DNA of 64,000 nucleotides from Sedimentisphaerales bacterium. Its GTDB lineage: Bacteria; Planctomycetota; Phycisphaerae; Sedimentisphaerales; Anaerobacaceae. Within the stretch, counting starts at the first letter, position 1. Each line of letters starts with the position of its first letter. The notes under the pieces were generated by a model that was not told where the DNA came from, did no database searches, and worked only from the letters and a program-made list of their open reading frames with translations. The stretch is from contig OY970194.1 in NCBI GenBank assembly GCA_963708075.1, forward strand, positions 2,848,001-2,912,000, given 5' to 3'. Shown in pieces: positions 52,117-62,184 of this stretch. The translations under genes were made by a program, and so were the position numbers.

Positions 52117-55099
52117 ATGACAGAAGTACTTCCTGATAATCGTCTCAAACACATCCTTGGTCAATCTCCCCAACTTGTAAGTGGAGTGGACTCTGTCTTC
52201 ACAAAATTCTCCGAATGGATTGGGAATTCAGGCTACGAACTCCCACTGTTTCCCGAATACACTGACCATGGAATTCGCCACATCCATAGCGTTCTGACTA
52301 CTGCAACATCGTTAATCACAGAAGGTGCATGGCCCCTTCTCACGCCGGAGGACTCAGCAGTCCTGGCTCTTTCGATTCTACTCCATGATTGTGCCATGCA
52401 CTTATCTAAAGATGGGTTCTTGATGCTCATCGGAGATAGCTGGAACCAGACAGTCATCCAAGGCTTCGGCGATTGCCCGTGGAGCCAAAGCTGGGAGAGG
52501 TTTTTTGCCGAGGCGCGTCGCTGGGACGGACAGCGTCTTCACCGCCTGCTTGGGGATATAATCAAGGAGGACGCTGGCGCGCAACATCGAGAAGACCTGT
52601 TTCAGTATGTGCAACGTCCGCACGAAATGGGTGATCCGGACAAATGGCCACCCAAGTACTGCAAGTTTCTGGGGGAGTTCGTGCGGCGAAATCACGGGCG
52701 ACTCGCGCATGAAATCGCGTTGTGCGGTATACCAGGCACGCCCCGCACTGGCTCGCTCACTGACCATCTTGGTTCTGGCTTGGCCGACATAGCCGGGCTA
52801 GTGGCTCGAAGTCATGCGATGCCAATAAGAGAAACCTTCGACTACCTCCAATCTCGCTACAAGGGGCGCGTTTTGTGCCGAGATACTCATCCCATCTACC
52901 TAATGGTACTCTTGCGACTGGCGGATTTCATGGAAATCCAGAGTTCACGCGCTCCGAGTAGCGCGCTGCAGGTGCGCCGTCTGCGCAGCCCACTTTCCGT
53001 TGGTGAGTGGAACACGCATGCCTCTGTGCAAGAAGTTAAACCTGATGAGTTTGATCGGGAAGCGATCTATGTGGTTGCTGATCCCCAAGATGCACGCACC
53101 TTCCTTCGATTAAAGACATTGCTAAGCACGTTCCAAATGGAACTGGACGTTTCTTGGGCAGTTCTTGGAGAAGTATATAGCAAGCAAGATGATCTTGGAC
53201 TTGATAGACTTGGGCTTACGCTTCGTAGAGTTCGATCTAATCTTGACGACAGCCAGTCTTTCACAGATGGAGTTCAGTATATCCCAGTCAACGCTAGATT
53301 CAGGGCCGCTGATGCGGATCTGTTGAAGCTCTTGGTTAAACCACTCTACAACAATCGCGAGGTCTTTGGAGTACGGGAACTTGTGCAGAACGCTGTGGAC
53401 GCTGTTAGAGAGATGCGCCAGTATTTGCGTGAGGGGATGCAAGCGAATCATCGCCATACATGGCCTGTAATCTCACGCAGACAGACCAATGCAGACGTCT
53501 GTGTCGAAGTGGTCTGTTCGCCGCAGAGCCGTTCAGAAGGTGACTTAGCCGCACCAATGTGGCAATACTACCTCCAGGTAGTAGACCGCGGCATTGGAAT
53601 GACGCCAGAAACGATCTGCGATTATTTCCTAACCTCTGGCGCGTCAATCCGCAACTCAGAGGCTTGGTTGATTAGGTTTTCCAATGAGAACAAGCGATCG
53701 AAGGTCCTTCGATCTGGTCGCTTCGGAATTGGGGTTCTAGCGGCATTTCTCCTTGGGGATCGCATTCATGTGCACACGCGCCATGTGGAAAGCTCAATGG
53801 GCATTGTCTTTGACGCCTCACTTGAGGATAGCCATATCGAATTGCGGAAATTGGCCAAGCCCCATCCCGGGACCACTATATGGATAAAGCTGGAACGTGA
53901 TGTTTATCAGCGTCTTACTAGCGGAGAAGGACGGAATGCTTGGGACTGGTACTGCTCCTCAGATCCAGTGGTTCTCCGTTCAATAAGTGAGATGGACGCC
54001 CCTCTCAAGTCCTCGTATCACTTACCTGCTGCCGGAGCCAGACCGAGCGCCAATTGGCGAATTGCCAAGCATTCCCGTTTCTCAGAGGTACATTGGACGT
54101 ACGGTGACAAGGCGCCAGGCGTCTGCTGTAACGGCATCTTGGTGATTAAGGAATGGGATGAAAAGCAATGCTTCTCCATCGTAAATGATCCATTTATTAC
54201 CTTACGAGTCCCCAAGCTCAATTACTATGATCCTGATGGAAACTTACCCCTTAACATACTCCGGACCCAGTTGGATGAGAAAACTATCGAGGGCGACTCG
54301 GAAATTCTCGATGACGTGTTACGCGATCTTGCGGCATTCATGCTTGGCTGTGCGCCAGTTGTGCCATTTGCCACTTCATCACACATGCAACATTATTCGG
54401 AAGACCACCCTGCAGTCGTTGAGGCACCTTTGCGCCACATTTCGACCACAGGGTGCCCATGGGTTTGTCTCCAAGATGGAACCGTGTACGCCCATCCGTG
54501 GTTGCTCCATCGTGCGTCGGTGGATAGCCTGATAATAGCCTGCTGTCACACCAACCGTTCAACGAATGGCAAGAACCTGTTTCCCTACAACCTGAGTCAT
54601 AAGGGGCTTGGTGGCTTGATCATCCGTGAAGACCGATTGAGGTTCTTCATGGATGTCCTGCATGGACGCTTCGACAGAGAAGAACCCTGGGCAGAGAACC
54701 ATATCGCAGGTGCCATAATCGCAATTCAAGAGAAGCATATACCTCAGTTAAGTGCAGAACACACGCTCTTTATCAGAAGCAACGAACCGACCCTCAAAAG
54801 CAGTGGCTGGTGGATCTACACGCGCAAACTGATACCCGAGAGCGTGATGTTTGATCTGTCGGCGCAGTTGCAGCGCGATTTCAGCCCAGGGAAAGGTCAG
54901 AGCATCCCATTTTACTGTAGGCTATTTTTGCGTCCTGGGGCTAGTATGAAGACATCTGTGATTACCGAGTACTTGTCTGCCATCGGTTCTCGATAGGCCT
55001 ATTCCGTACAACTTCGATGAGCGTGCGTGCATGTTCGCAAAGGCATTTCGTGAGTTGGGCGACTATATCCGGATCTGGCGTCGACATCGACGGGAATAG
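52117..55099 (+). CDS. HD-domain (HD-CE-like) + Hsp90-like GHKL ATPase fusion, putative conflict/defence protein; +1 frameshift at ~54987
   Basis: FPEYTDHGIRH, LLHDCAMH, RRNH, RSH, LRLAD; RELVQNAVDA, DRGIGMT, GRFGIG, GTTI. Removing one T from GGTTCTC (54985-54991) extends it to ...IGLDRPIPYNFDERACMFAKAFRELGDYIRIWRRHRRE* (55099). Confidence 0.8.
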
Positions 55100-55604
55100 G
55101 GCGTCACACTTGCACATTTGACTCCTGGGCGAATGGACATGAAATTCCGGGGACATAATACTTTATTACAGTTAACACGTGTGGATGTGTGATTACTAGA
55201 GTACAGACTGGATTCCCGCCTGCGCGGGAATGACATCGACACTGTTGACAGTCAGGGTCGGCACCTGCCTCTTTGTGCAGTATAGGTCCGACTCAAGAGG
55301 AACGCGTGGGTTAAGAACCCACCCTACGGCTGCTGATGCCTCTCAAGAATCCGTGGGTATCCGTGAAATCCGCGTCCGAATGAGGGTCCGCATGGGCTGA
55401 AGCCCATCCTACGCCAACCCATCACTCCAGGGTCAAATGGAGGGGGACACCCTGGAATGGCGGTCTCGGAATTCGGCGGAATTTGCGGGATGTTGGACAA
55501 AGCGGGGTTGCGGCGGCTTTCCGGTGCCGGTATCCTGTTGGTCATGCAGCGTACGCGGTATGGGCAGGTATCTTTGGGACCTCATTAGGGTGGAGGTACA
55601 CATC

Positions 55605-56945
55605 ATGGCATCACTGAACCGTCGGAACTTCCTGAAGAGCACTCTGGCGGCGTCCGCCGTTGGCGCAGCGTCTTTCAACATCCTCAAGGCCGGGCCTTCG
55701 CCCAACAGCAAACTCAACATCGCCTGCATCGGGGTGGGTATGCAGGGTTCGGGCAATGCGGAGCATCTGGCCGGGACCGACAATGTGATCGCCTTGTGCG
55801 ACGTGGATGAAGCGTGGCACAAGAAGCATATCGAAAAGCGTACGGCACTGCACGGGATCAAGCTCTGGACGGACTATCGGGTGATGTTCGACAAGATCGG
55901 CAAGGAGATCGACGCGGTCCTCATCGCGACGCCGGAGCATAATCACTACACGATCGCGACGTACTTCATCCGGCGGGGCAAGCACGTCTATTGCCAGAAG
56001 CCGCTCTGCCACACCGTCGACGAAGTGCGCATGCTGGTGGAGGAGGCCAGGAAGCAGCCCAAGGTGATCACGCAGATGGGGCACCAGGGCCATTCCACCC
56101 GCAGCTCGGCCATGCTCAGGGACTGGGGCCAGGCCGGCTCCGTCGGTCCCATCAAGGAGGTCGTCTGCTATTCCACCAAGAATTACTGGACCGACAAGCC
56201 GCTGGTCCAGGGCAGCGTCGTGCCGAAGACCCTGGACTGGGACCTGTACCTGAACCGGGCCGAGATGATCCCCTTCAGCACCAGCTACATGAATCGGGAA
56301 TGGATCCGGTACACGCACTTCAGCGGCGCCGTGGGCGACATGGCGGCGCATATTTTCGATCCGGCCTATTACGCGCTGGACCTGCGGGTCCCCCTGAGCG
56401 TCCGGGCGGAGGTGAAGAAGCCCGCCTATCCGGGGTCGCTGCCCCGATCGGGCGTGATTACCTGGGAGTTCGCCGCACGGGGCAAGATGCCCGCGGTCAC
56501 GATGAAATACTACCTGGGCGACGACATCGAGTTCCCGCGTCCCAAGCACCTGGAGCCCGAACGCCGGGGGATCGACAGCGGCTCGGTGATGGTGGGCGAG
56601 CACGCTTCCATCATGGCCGGCAGCCACAGCCAGGGCGGCCGGATCATTCCCGAGAGCGTCATGAAGGAGACGCCGAGGCCGCCGCAAGTGGCGTTTCGCT
56701 GCAAGGGCGGCAACCACTTCGACAACTGGACCCTGGCCATCAAGGGCCAAGACACCGCGATGTCCCAGTTCGAGTACGCCGGACCGCTGTCCGAAATCAT
56801 CGTCCTCGGCGATATCGCGCTGCTCCATCCGGGCCGGACCCTGCAGTGGGACGCCAAGAACATGAAGATCACGAACGACGAGGAGGCCGACAAGAGTCTC
56901 TTCATGAGACGCCTGGCCCCACGCGATCATCTGAACTGGTGCTGA
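55605..56945 (+). CDS. Tat-exported Gfo/Idh/MocA family oxidoreductase
   Basis: NRRNFLK, IGVGMQG, ALCDVD, IATPEHNH, HVYCQKPL, GDMAAHIFD. Confidence 0.92.
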   Translation: MASLNRRNFLKSTLAASAVGAASFNILKAGPSPNSKLNIACIGVGMQGSGNAEHLAGTDNVIALCDVDEAWHKKHIEKRTALHGIKLWTDYRVMFDKIGKEIDAVLIATPEHNHYTIATYFIRRGKHVYCQKPLCHTVDEVRMLVEEARKQPKVITQMGHQGHSTRSSAMLRDWGQAGSVGPIKEVVCYSTKNYWTDKPLVQGSVVPKTLDWDLYLNRAEMIPFSTSYMNREWIRYTHFSGAVGDMAAHIFDPAYYALDLRVPLSVRAEVKKPAYPGSLPRSGVITWEFAARGKMPAVTMKYYLGDDIEFPRPKHLEPERRGIDSGSVMVGEHASIMAGSHSQGGRIIPESVMKETPRPPQVAFRCKGGNHFDNWTLAIKGQDTAMSQFEYAGPLSEIIVLGDIALLHPGRTLQWDAKNMKITNDEEADKSLFMRRLAPRDHLNWC

Positions 56946-56949
56946 GTCA

Positions 56950-57465
56950 TCTCGCGCGGAAACGCTGGGACGCAGAGACAATACAACTGCCGATGAAGGC
57001 CGATGAACGCTGATAAAGAGTCGGGGCACGGCTACTCGTAGGGGCGGGTTTCAAACCCGCCCATGCACCTTGGAATTCAACCGGGCACAGTGGGCTCCAC
57101 CCACCGCTCCCTTTTGATCCGCAGATTGCCCGGCCCGGCCGGCAGTCGGAACCAAGATCGCCTCTCGCCAAGCACGCCAAGAGCGCGAAGAAGAACCGAA
57201 ATGGATGCGATTCCCTTGGCGTTCTCTGCGTCTTCGCGCGATACATCGTCCCCTGTATGTCATTCCCGACTTGATCGGGAATCCAGGTCTCTAACTGACA
57301 ACCGACAACTGAGAACTGTCAACTGTCCTTGTCCTCCGCAGACACCTTCCTGAGCAAGGTCGAGGGATTCCGCCGATTTTCGCAGATTTCTAACTGGGAA
57401 CTGACAACGGCCAACCAACCACCGATCCCCAATCCGCATTCCCCAATCCGAAATCCGCAATCAAA
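56950..57465. repeat. Mosaic of short repeat types (GTAG-REP, CGCCAAG-type, ATTCCC-type, heptamer arrays)
   Basis: CGTAGGGGCGGGTTTCAAACCCGCCC; CGCCAAGCACGCCAAGAGCGCGAAG; ACTGACA ACCGACA ACTGAGA; AATCCGC-like units. Confidence 0.65.
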
Positions 57466-57868
57466 GGCCCCGCCGTAGCCCCTTACGAGAGCTGCGGCTC
57501 CATCGCCTTCAGCGCGGAGCCGGCGAAGACTCTCAACCAGAAATGCCACGCCGCGCACGCGTCATTCGTCCCCCGGATGTTCGCTGCGTTAGTTTGTATT
57601 TTGAGGGCTGGCCCTACTCCTCTCGCTTGACGCGAATGTGGCGGATGGAGAACTCGGCCGTTGCTTCCTGTCTGTCAAGTGTCAAGAGTTGCCCCTGGTG
57701 CCCCTTACGTGAACGGGTACGGCACGATACACCTGAGCGCGGATAAGAACGTCATCGCAGGAATAGCGAGCTGGTCAACCGGCTCACGCGACAGCAGCGA
57801 AATCGGCGTGTTCACGCGTATCGCAACAGTCGAATAGTCACGGCACCACGGCCGCATGGCCGGCGCGG

Positions 57869-58546
57869 TCATGGGGCGGCGGCGGCGACCTTCTTCAGGT
57901 CGATCTTATCAACGGCCTGCTTCAGCGCATCCATCGTGACGCCATAGCCTTCAACCTCCACGACGAATCGATCGGCGACCAGAATCTCAAGGGAGCCCTC
58001 CTTGTTCTGGGTGTCGTATTTCTCCATGGCCTTGCAGCCGTTGATGGTGGTCGTCTTCTCATAGCCGGTGTCGGTCTCGCGGCTGTACTGGCCCGACGCC
58101 CAAACCATACCCAGGCGCATCGACCCGCTCATATTGCCGGCGTCCATAATCTTGATTCTCACATCAGCCCCGCTGGCGTCCGTCGCATCGTACTGCCCCT
58201 CGGCGGTACTCATGTCGATACCCATCGTCTGGGTACGTTCGGCGGAAGCGTTGGTCCGCTTCATGCCCGGCAACTCGGCGGGCAGCAGGGCTTTGAGCGT
58301 AGCCCCCGGCACGGCTTCGATGTTCTTGCCCTTGTTCATCTCGGTAAGGGCCTTACGGTTCTCTTCCGCCATTTTCGCATAGTCCGGCGTGCCCTGGTCC
58401 GTCGCGCCATTCGCTGCGGGAGCAGTTGTCTCCGCTGCTTCCCCAGGCTGAGCCGACTGTCCCTGATCCCCTTTCTTACCACAACCTGTCAGCACGACCG
58501 CCCCCAGGCACAGTGCCACGATCTCCCATCTTTTCAGCATCTGCAT
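57869..58546 (-). CDS. Hypothetical lipoprotein
   Basis: Lipobox LTGC; LKALLP..ETDTGYEKT..LVADRFVVEVEG. Confidence 0.8.
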   Translation of the reverse strand: MQMLKRWEIVALCLGAVVLTGCGKKGDQGQSAQPGEAAETTAPAANGATDQGTPDYAKMAEENRKALTEMNKGKNIEAVPGATLKALLPAELPGMKRTNASAERTQTMGIDMSTAEGQYDATDASGADVRIKIMDAGNMSGSMRLGMVWASGQYSRETDTGYEKTTTINGCKAMEKYDTQNKEGSLEILVADRFVVEVEGYGVTMDALKQAVDKIDLKKVAAAAP

Positions 58547-58824
58547 CAGTGTTCCCTTTCACATCGATAGACTATCCATCCTCGCTATTACTCGATCCTT
58601 GTAGACCACGTGCAGGAATATATGCGGAGGTGACGCAGGAATCAAGCGTCCCGTACAGGCTTGTTCCATTCACCCCCCACCGGGCAGGGATTTCGGCAGC
58701 AGAACCCGATGCGTTCAATACGTGGGAATATTAGGGGGTTCTCAATGTCCATGGGATTGCCTTTCTCTTTCGCGTCTGCCAGCGCCAGGGTATCCAGTGC
58801 GGCCGTCAGCCACAACAAAATCAA

Positions 58825-59250
58825 CTCTCTCGCCAAGACGCGAAGAACCCAAGAAGAGAGAACAGTGATGCACTCCCCCTTTGCGATCTTGGCGCCTTTG
58901 CGAGAGACCGATGAGTATCGGTGGGGCAGGCCCCACCCTACGAATGCTACAAGTCTTTGGAACAAAAGGAATCATATTTCGCGCGAAGACGCAGGGACGC
59001 TGGGGTTTCAAATGTATCGCCTTCATGGTTTCTCTGGGCGTCTCGGCGTCTCTGCGCGAGGTGAGATTGGTTCCGGCCAACGGCCGGGCTGGGTCCATCC
59101 GCGTTCATCCGCGGTTGATAGTCGGTTGTCAGTTCCCGGTTGACGGTTCTCAGGGAACGCGTGGGTTGAGAACCCACCCTACGAACTGGATTCCTGCTTC
59201 CGCAGGAATGACAAGTCGGGAGTCTGCGTCAATCGGCGGAATCTGCGGAT
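58825..59250. repeat. Second repeat mosaic downstream of tRNA-His
   Basis: Same repeat types; GGAACGCGTGGGTT(G/A)AGAACCCACCCTACG occurs here (~59154-59183) and at ~55299-55328. Confidence 0.65.
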
Positions 59251-59284
59251 CGGTGGTCTTCGCTTGCGGCAACTGTCCGCGACG

Positions 59285-59360
59285 GGTGGAAGACGGGATT
59301 CGAACCCGCGACCCTTGGAACCACAATCCAATGCTCTATCCAAGCTGAGCTACATCCACC
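59285..59360 (-). tRNA. tRNA-His (GTG)
   Basis: G(-1)GTGGATG..GCTC..GAGC..TTGGA TT GTG GT TCCAA..GGTTCGAATCCC..CTTCCAC C; CCA not encoded. Confidence 0.95.
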
Positions 59361-59394
59361 ACGAATCAGCCAGGCGAGCCGGCTGAAAGAACAA

Positions 59395-59422
59395 GGTGCG
59401 CCGTCGTGAAGAACGGCGCACC
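59395..59422 (-). terminator. Hairpin downstream of ppdK
   Basis: GGTGCGCCGT/ACGGCGCACC 10-bp stem followed by TTGTTCTTT on the minus strand. Confidence 0.5.
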
Positions 59423-59427
59423 ATTGT

Positions 59428-59455
59428 ATTTTACCGAATCGCCCGCGAATGTCAA
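59428..59455 (-). promoter_or_regulatory. Probable tRNA-His promoter
   Basis: TTGACA-N16-TAAAAT on the minus strand. Confidence 0.5.
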
Positions 59456-59466
59456 CAAGAGGTTTT

Positions 59467-62184
59467 TTACTTGCTGACCGCCGCCTGGGCCGCCGCGAGG
59501 CGTGCGATGGGCACGCGGAAGGGCGAACAACTGACGTAATCCATGCCGACCTTGTGGCAGAAGGCCACGCTGGCGGGCTCGCCGCCCTGCTCGCCGCAGA
59601 TGCCGACTTCGAGCTTCTTATTGGTCTTGCGGCCGCGCTCGATGCTGATCTTGATCAGCTCGCCGACGCCGATCTGGTCGATGCTCTGGAACGGGTCGCC
59701 GGGCAGGATCTTCTTATTGACGTAGTCGGGCAGGAAGCCGCCGATATCGTCGCGGCTGAACCCGAAGGTCATCTGCGTCAGGTCGTTCGTGCCGAAGCTG
59801 AAGAACTCGGCCACCTCGGCGATCTGGTTGGATAGCAACGCCGCACGCGGAATCTCGATCATCGTGCCGACCATGTGCTTGATCCTCTTGATGCCGAACT
59901 TGGCCAGGGTTTCCTTGTAGACCTGGGTGATGATCTCCTGCTGCTGGCGGATTTCGTTGGCGTCGCAGACGACGGGGATCATGATCTCGGGATAGGGCTT
60001 TTTGCCGGCCTTGAGCAGCTCGGCGGCGGACTCGAAGATCGCCCTCGCCTGCATGGCGGTAACCTCGGGATAGGTAACGCCCAGACGCACGCCGCGATGA
60101 CCCATCATCGGGTTGCTCTCGTGCAGCCCGTCCGCACGCTTGCTCAGCTCTTCCATGTTGATGCCGAGGGAGTTGGCCAGGGCTTGGCGCTTCTCCTCGC
60201 CTTCCGGTACAAACTCATGCAGAGGCGGGTCAAGCAGTCGCACGACCACCGGCAGGCCATCCATCACTTCCATCGTGCCCTTGATATCCCTCTTGACGTA
60301 CGGGAACAGCTCATCCACTGCCTTCTTGCGCTCGTCCACGCTCTTGGACATGATCATCTTGCGAAGGACAAACAGCGGCTCATCCGAGCCGCGGCCATAG
60401 AACATATGTTCGGTCCGGAATAACCCAATTCCCTCGGCGCCGAACGCGCGGGCCTTGGCGGCGTCCACGGGGGTTTCGGCGTTCGTGCGGACGCCCAGGC
60501 GGCGGACCGCGTCGCAGACCTTCAGGAAGTCCATCAGGGTGACGTTCTCTTCGCCGGCGGCCATCATCGGCAGTTGCCCGGCGTACACGTTGCCCTTGGT
60601 GCCGTTCAGGGTGATCCAGTCGCCCTCGTGGAAGGTCTGGCCACCGATATGGAATTCCTTTCTGGGCAGGTCTACATGCAGGGCGCCGCAGCCGACGATG
60701 CAGCACTTGCCCCAGCCGCGGGCAACGAGCGCCGCGTGGCTGGTCATGCCGCCGCGTGCGGTCAGGATCGCCTGGGCGGCACGCATGCCTTCGACGTCCT
60801 CCGGGTTGGTTTCTTCGCGGACGAGGATGACCTTCTTGCCTTCCTTCGTCCAGTTGACAGCGTCGGCCGCGGTGAAGACCACCTGGCCCGTGGCGCCGCC
60901 GGGACCGGCGGGAAGACCCTTGGCCAGGACCTTCTGGTCCTTCTCGACATTCGGGTCGATGATGGGGTGCAGCAGCTCATCCAACTGGGCCGGCGTCACA
61001 CGCATGACCGCCTCTTCCTTCTTGATGAGCCGCTCTTTGACCATATCGACAGCCATGCGGACCGCGGCCGGACCATTGCGCTTGCCCACGCGACACTGAA
61101 GCATCCACAGCCGGCCCTTCTCGATCGTGAACTCGATGTCCTGCATGTCCCTGTAATGCTTCTCGAGCTTCTTCTGGATGGCGTCCAATTGCTTATAGAC
61201 CTCAGGCATCGCCTTTTCCAGCGATGTCAACTGCCTGTTGTGCTCGCTCTTGGTGGCCTCATTGAGCGGGTTGGGCGTGCGAGTGCCGGCGACGACGTCC
61301 TCGCCCTGGGCATTGACCAGCCATTCGCCGTAGAAGTGCGGGTCGCCGGTGGCGGGGTTGCGGGAGAAGGCCACGCCGGTGGCGGAATCCGTGCCCATAT
61401 TGCCGAAGACCATCGACTGGACGTTGACCGCTGTGCCCCATTCATCGGGGATGCTCTCGATCCGCCGATAGCTGATGGCCCGCTTGCCGTTCCACGAGGC
61501 GAACACGGCCTCGATGCCGCCCCAGAGCTGCTGGTTGGCATCGTCGGGGAACTCCTTGCCCAGGACCTCCTTCACCCTGGCCTTGAACGTCTCGCAAAGC
61601 TGCTTGAGGTCCGCGGCCGTCATATCGGTATCCAGCGTGTAGCCCTTCTGCTTCTTCACGCCGTCCATGATGTGCTCAAGCTGCCGGCGGATACCCATAT
61701 CCTCCTTCGGCTCGATCCCCGCCGCCTTCTCCATCACCACATCCGAGTACATCATGATCAACCGCCGATAGGCGTCATAGACGAACCGCTCGTTGCCGCC
61801 ACTCTGCGTGATCATGGCCGGGATGGTCTTGCTGGTCAGGCCGACGTTCAAGACCGTCTCCATCATGCCCGGCATGGACTTGCGGGCGCCGGACCGCACC
61901 GAGATCAGCAGCGGCTGCTCGGGGCTCCCGAATTTCTTGCCCATCACCTTCTCAACCTTGGCCATCGCCTTGGCCACTTCCTCCTTCAGCCCGCCCGGAT
62001 ACTTGCGCTTATTCTTCATGAAGTGCACGCAGACCTCGGTCGTAATCGTGAAACCGGGAGGCACAGGCACGCCCAGCTTGGCCATCTCGGCCAGGTTGGC
62101 CCCTTTGCCGCCCAGCAGGTTCTTCATCCCCGCGTTGCCCTCGCCCTTGCCGCCCCCGAAGAAATACACCATTTTCTTAGCCAT
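59467..62184 (-). CDS. ppdK: Pyruvate, phosphate dikinase
   Basis: LLGGKGANLAEM, SVRSGA, NAQGEDVVAG, GGMTSHAA, GIGLFRTEHMF, FSFGTNDLTQ, VSCSPFRVP. Confidence 0.98.
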   Translation of the reverse strand: MAKKMVYFFGGGKGEGNAGMKNLLGGKGANLAEMAKLGVPVPPGFTITTEVCVHFMKNKRKYPGGLKEEVAKAMAKVEKVMGKKFGSPEQPLLISVRSGARKSMPGMMETVLNVGLTSKTIPAMITQSGGNERFVYDAYRRLIMMYSDVVMEKAAGIEPKEDMGIRRQLEHIMDGVKKQKGYTLDTDMTAADLKQLCETFKARVKEVLGKEFPDDANQQLWGGIEAVFASWNGKRAISYRRIESIPDEWGTAVNVQSMVFGNMGTDSATGVAFSRNPATGDPHFYGEWLVNAQGEDVVAGTRTPNPLNEATKSEHNRQLTSLEKAMPEVYKQLDAIQKKLEKHYRDMQDIEFTIEKGRLWMLQCRVGKRNGPAAVRMAVDMVKERLIKKEEAVMRVTPAQLDELLHPIIDPNVEKDQKVLAKGLPAGPGGATGQVVFTAADAVNWTKEGKKVILVREETNPEDVEGMRAAQAILTARGGMTSHAALVARGWGKCCIVGCGALHVDLPRKEFHIGGQTFHEGDWITLNGTKGNVYAGQLPMMAAGEENVTLMDFLKVCDAVRRLGVRTNAETPVDAAKARAFGAEGIGLFRTEHMFYGRGSDEPLFVLRKMIMSKSVDERKKAVDELFPYVKRDIKGTMEVMDGLPVVVRLLDPPLHEFVPEGEEKRQALANSLGINMEELSKRADGLHESNPMMGHRGVRLGVTYPEVTAMQARAIFESAAELLKAGKKPYPEIMIPVVCDANEIRQQQEIITQVYKETLAKFGIKRIKHMVGTMIEIPRAALLSNQIAEVAEFFSFGTNDLTQMTFGFSRDDIGGFLPDYVNKKILPGDPFQSIDQIGVGELIKISIERGRKTNKKLEVGICGEQGGEPASVAFCHKVGMDYVSCSPFRVPIARLAAAQAAVSK

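Larger units (their letters stand above)
50377..55201 (+). mobile_element. Putative non-autonomous IS110-derived element carrying an HD/Hsp90-like ATPase gene
   Basis: TAGAG at both ends (50377-50381, 55197-55201); leader resembles IS110 left non-coding ends as I recall them; AT-richer cargo; no recombinase gene inside. Confidence 0.45.

Noticed and set aside
57480..57860. Possible ncRNA or gene remnant between the repeat mosaic and the lipoprotein gene
   Set aside because: Some hairpin potential, but no recognisable motif, promoter-terminator pair or coding signature that I can support.
59285..59360. tRNA-His as the attachment site of an integrated island
   Set aside because: No integrase, and I saw no duplicated tRNA 3' end in the window.
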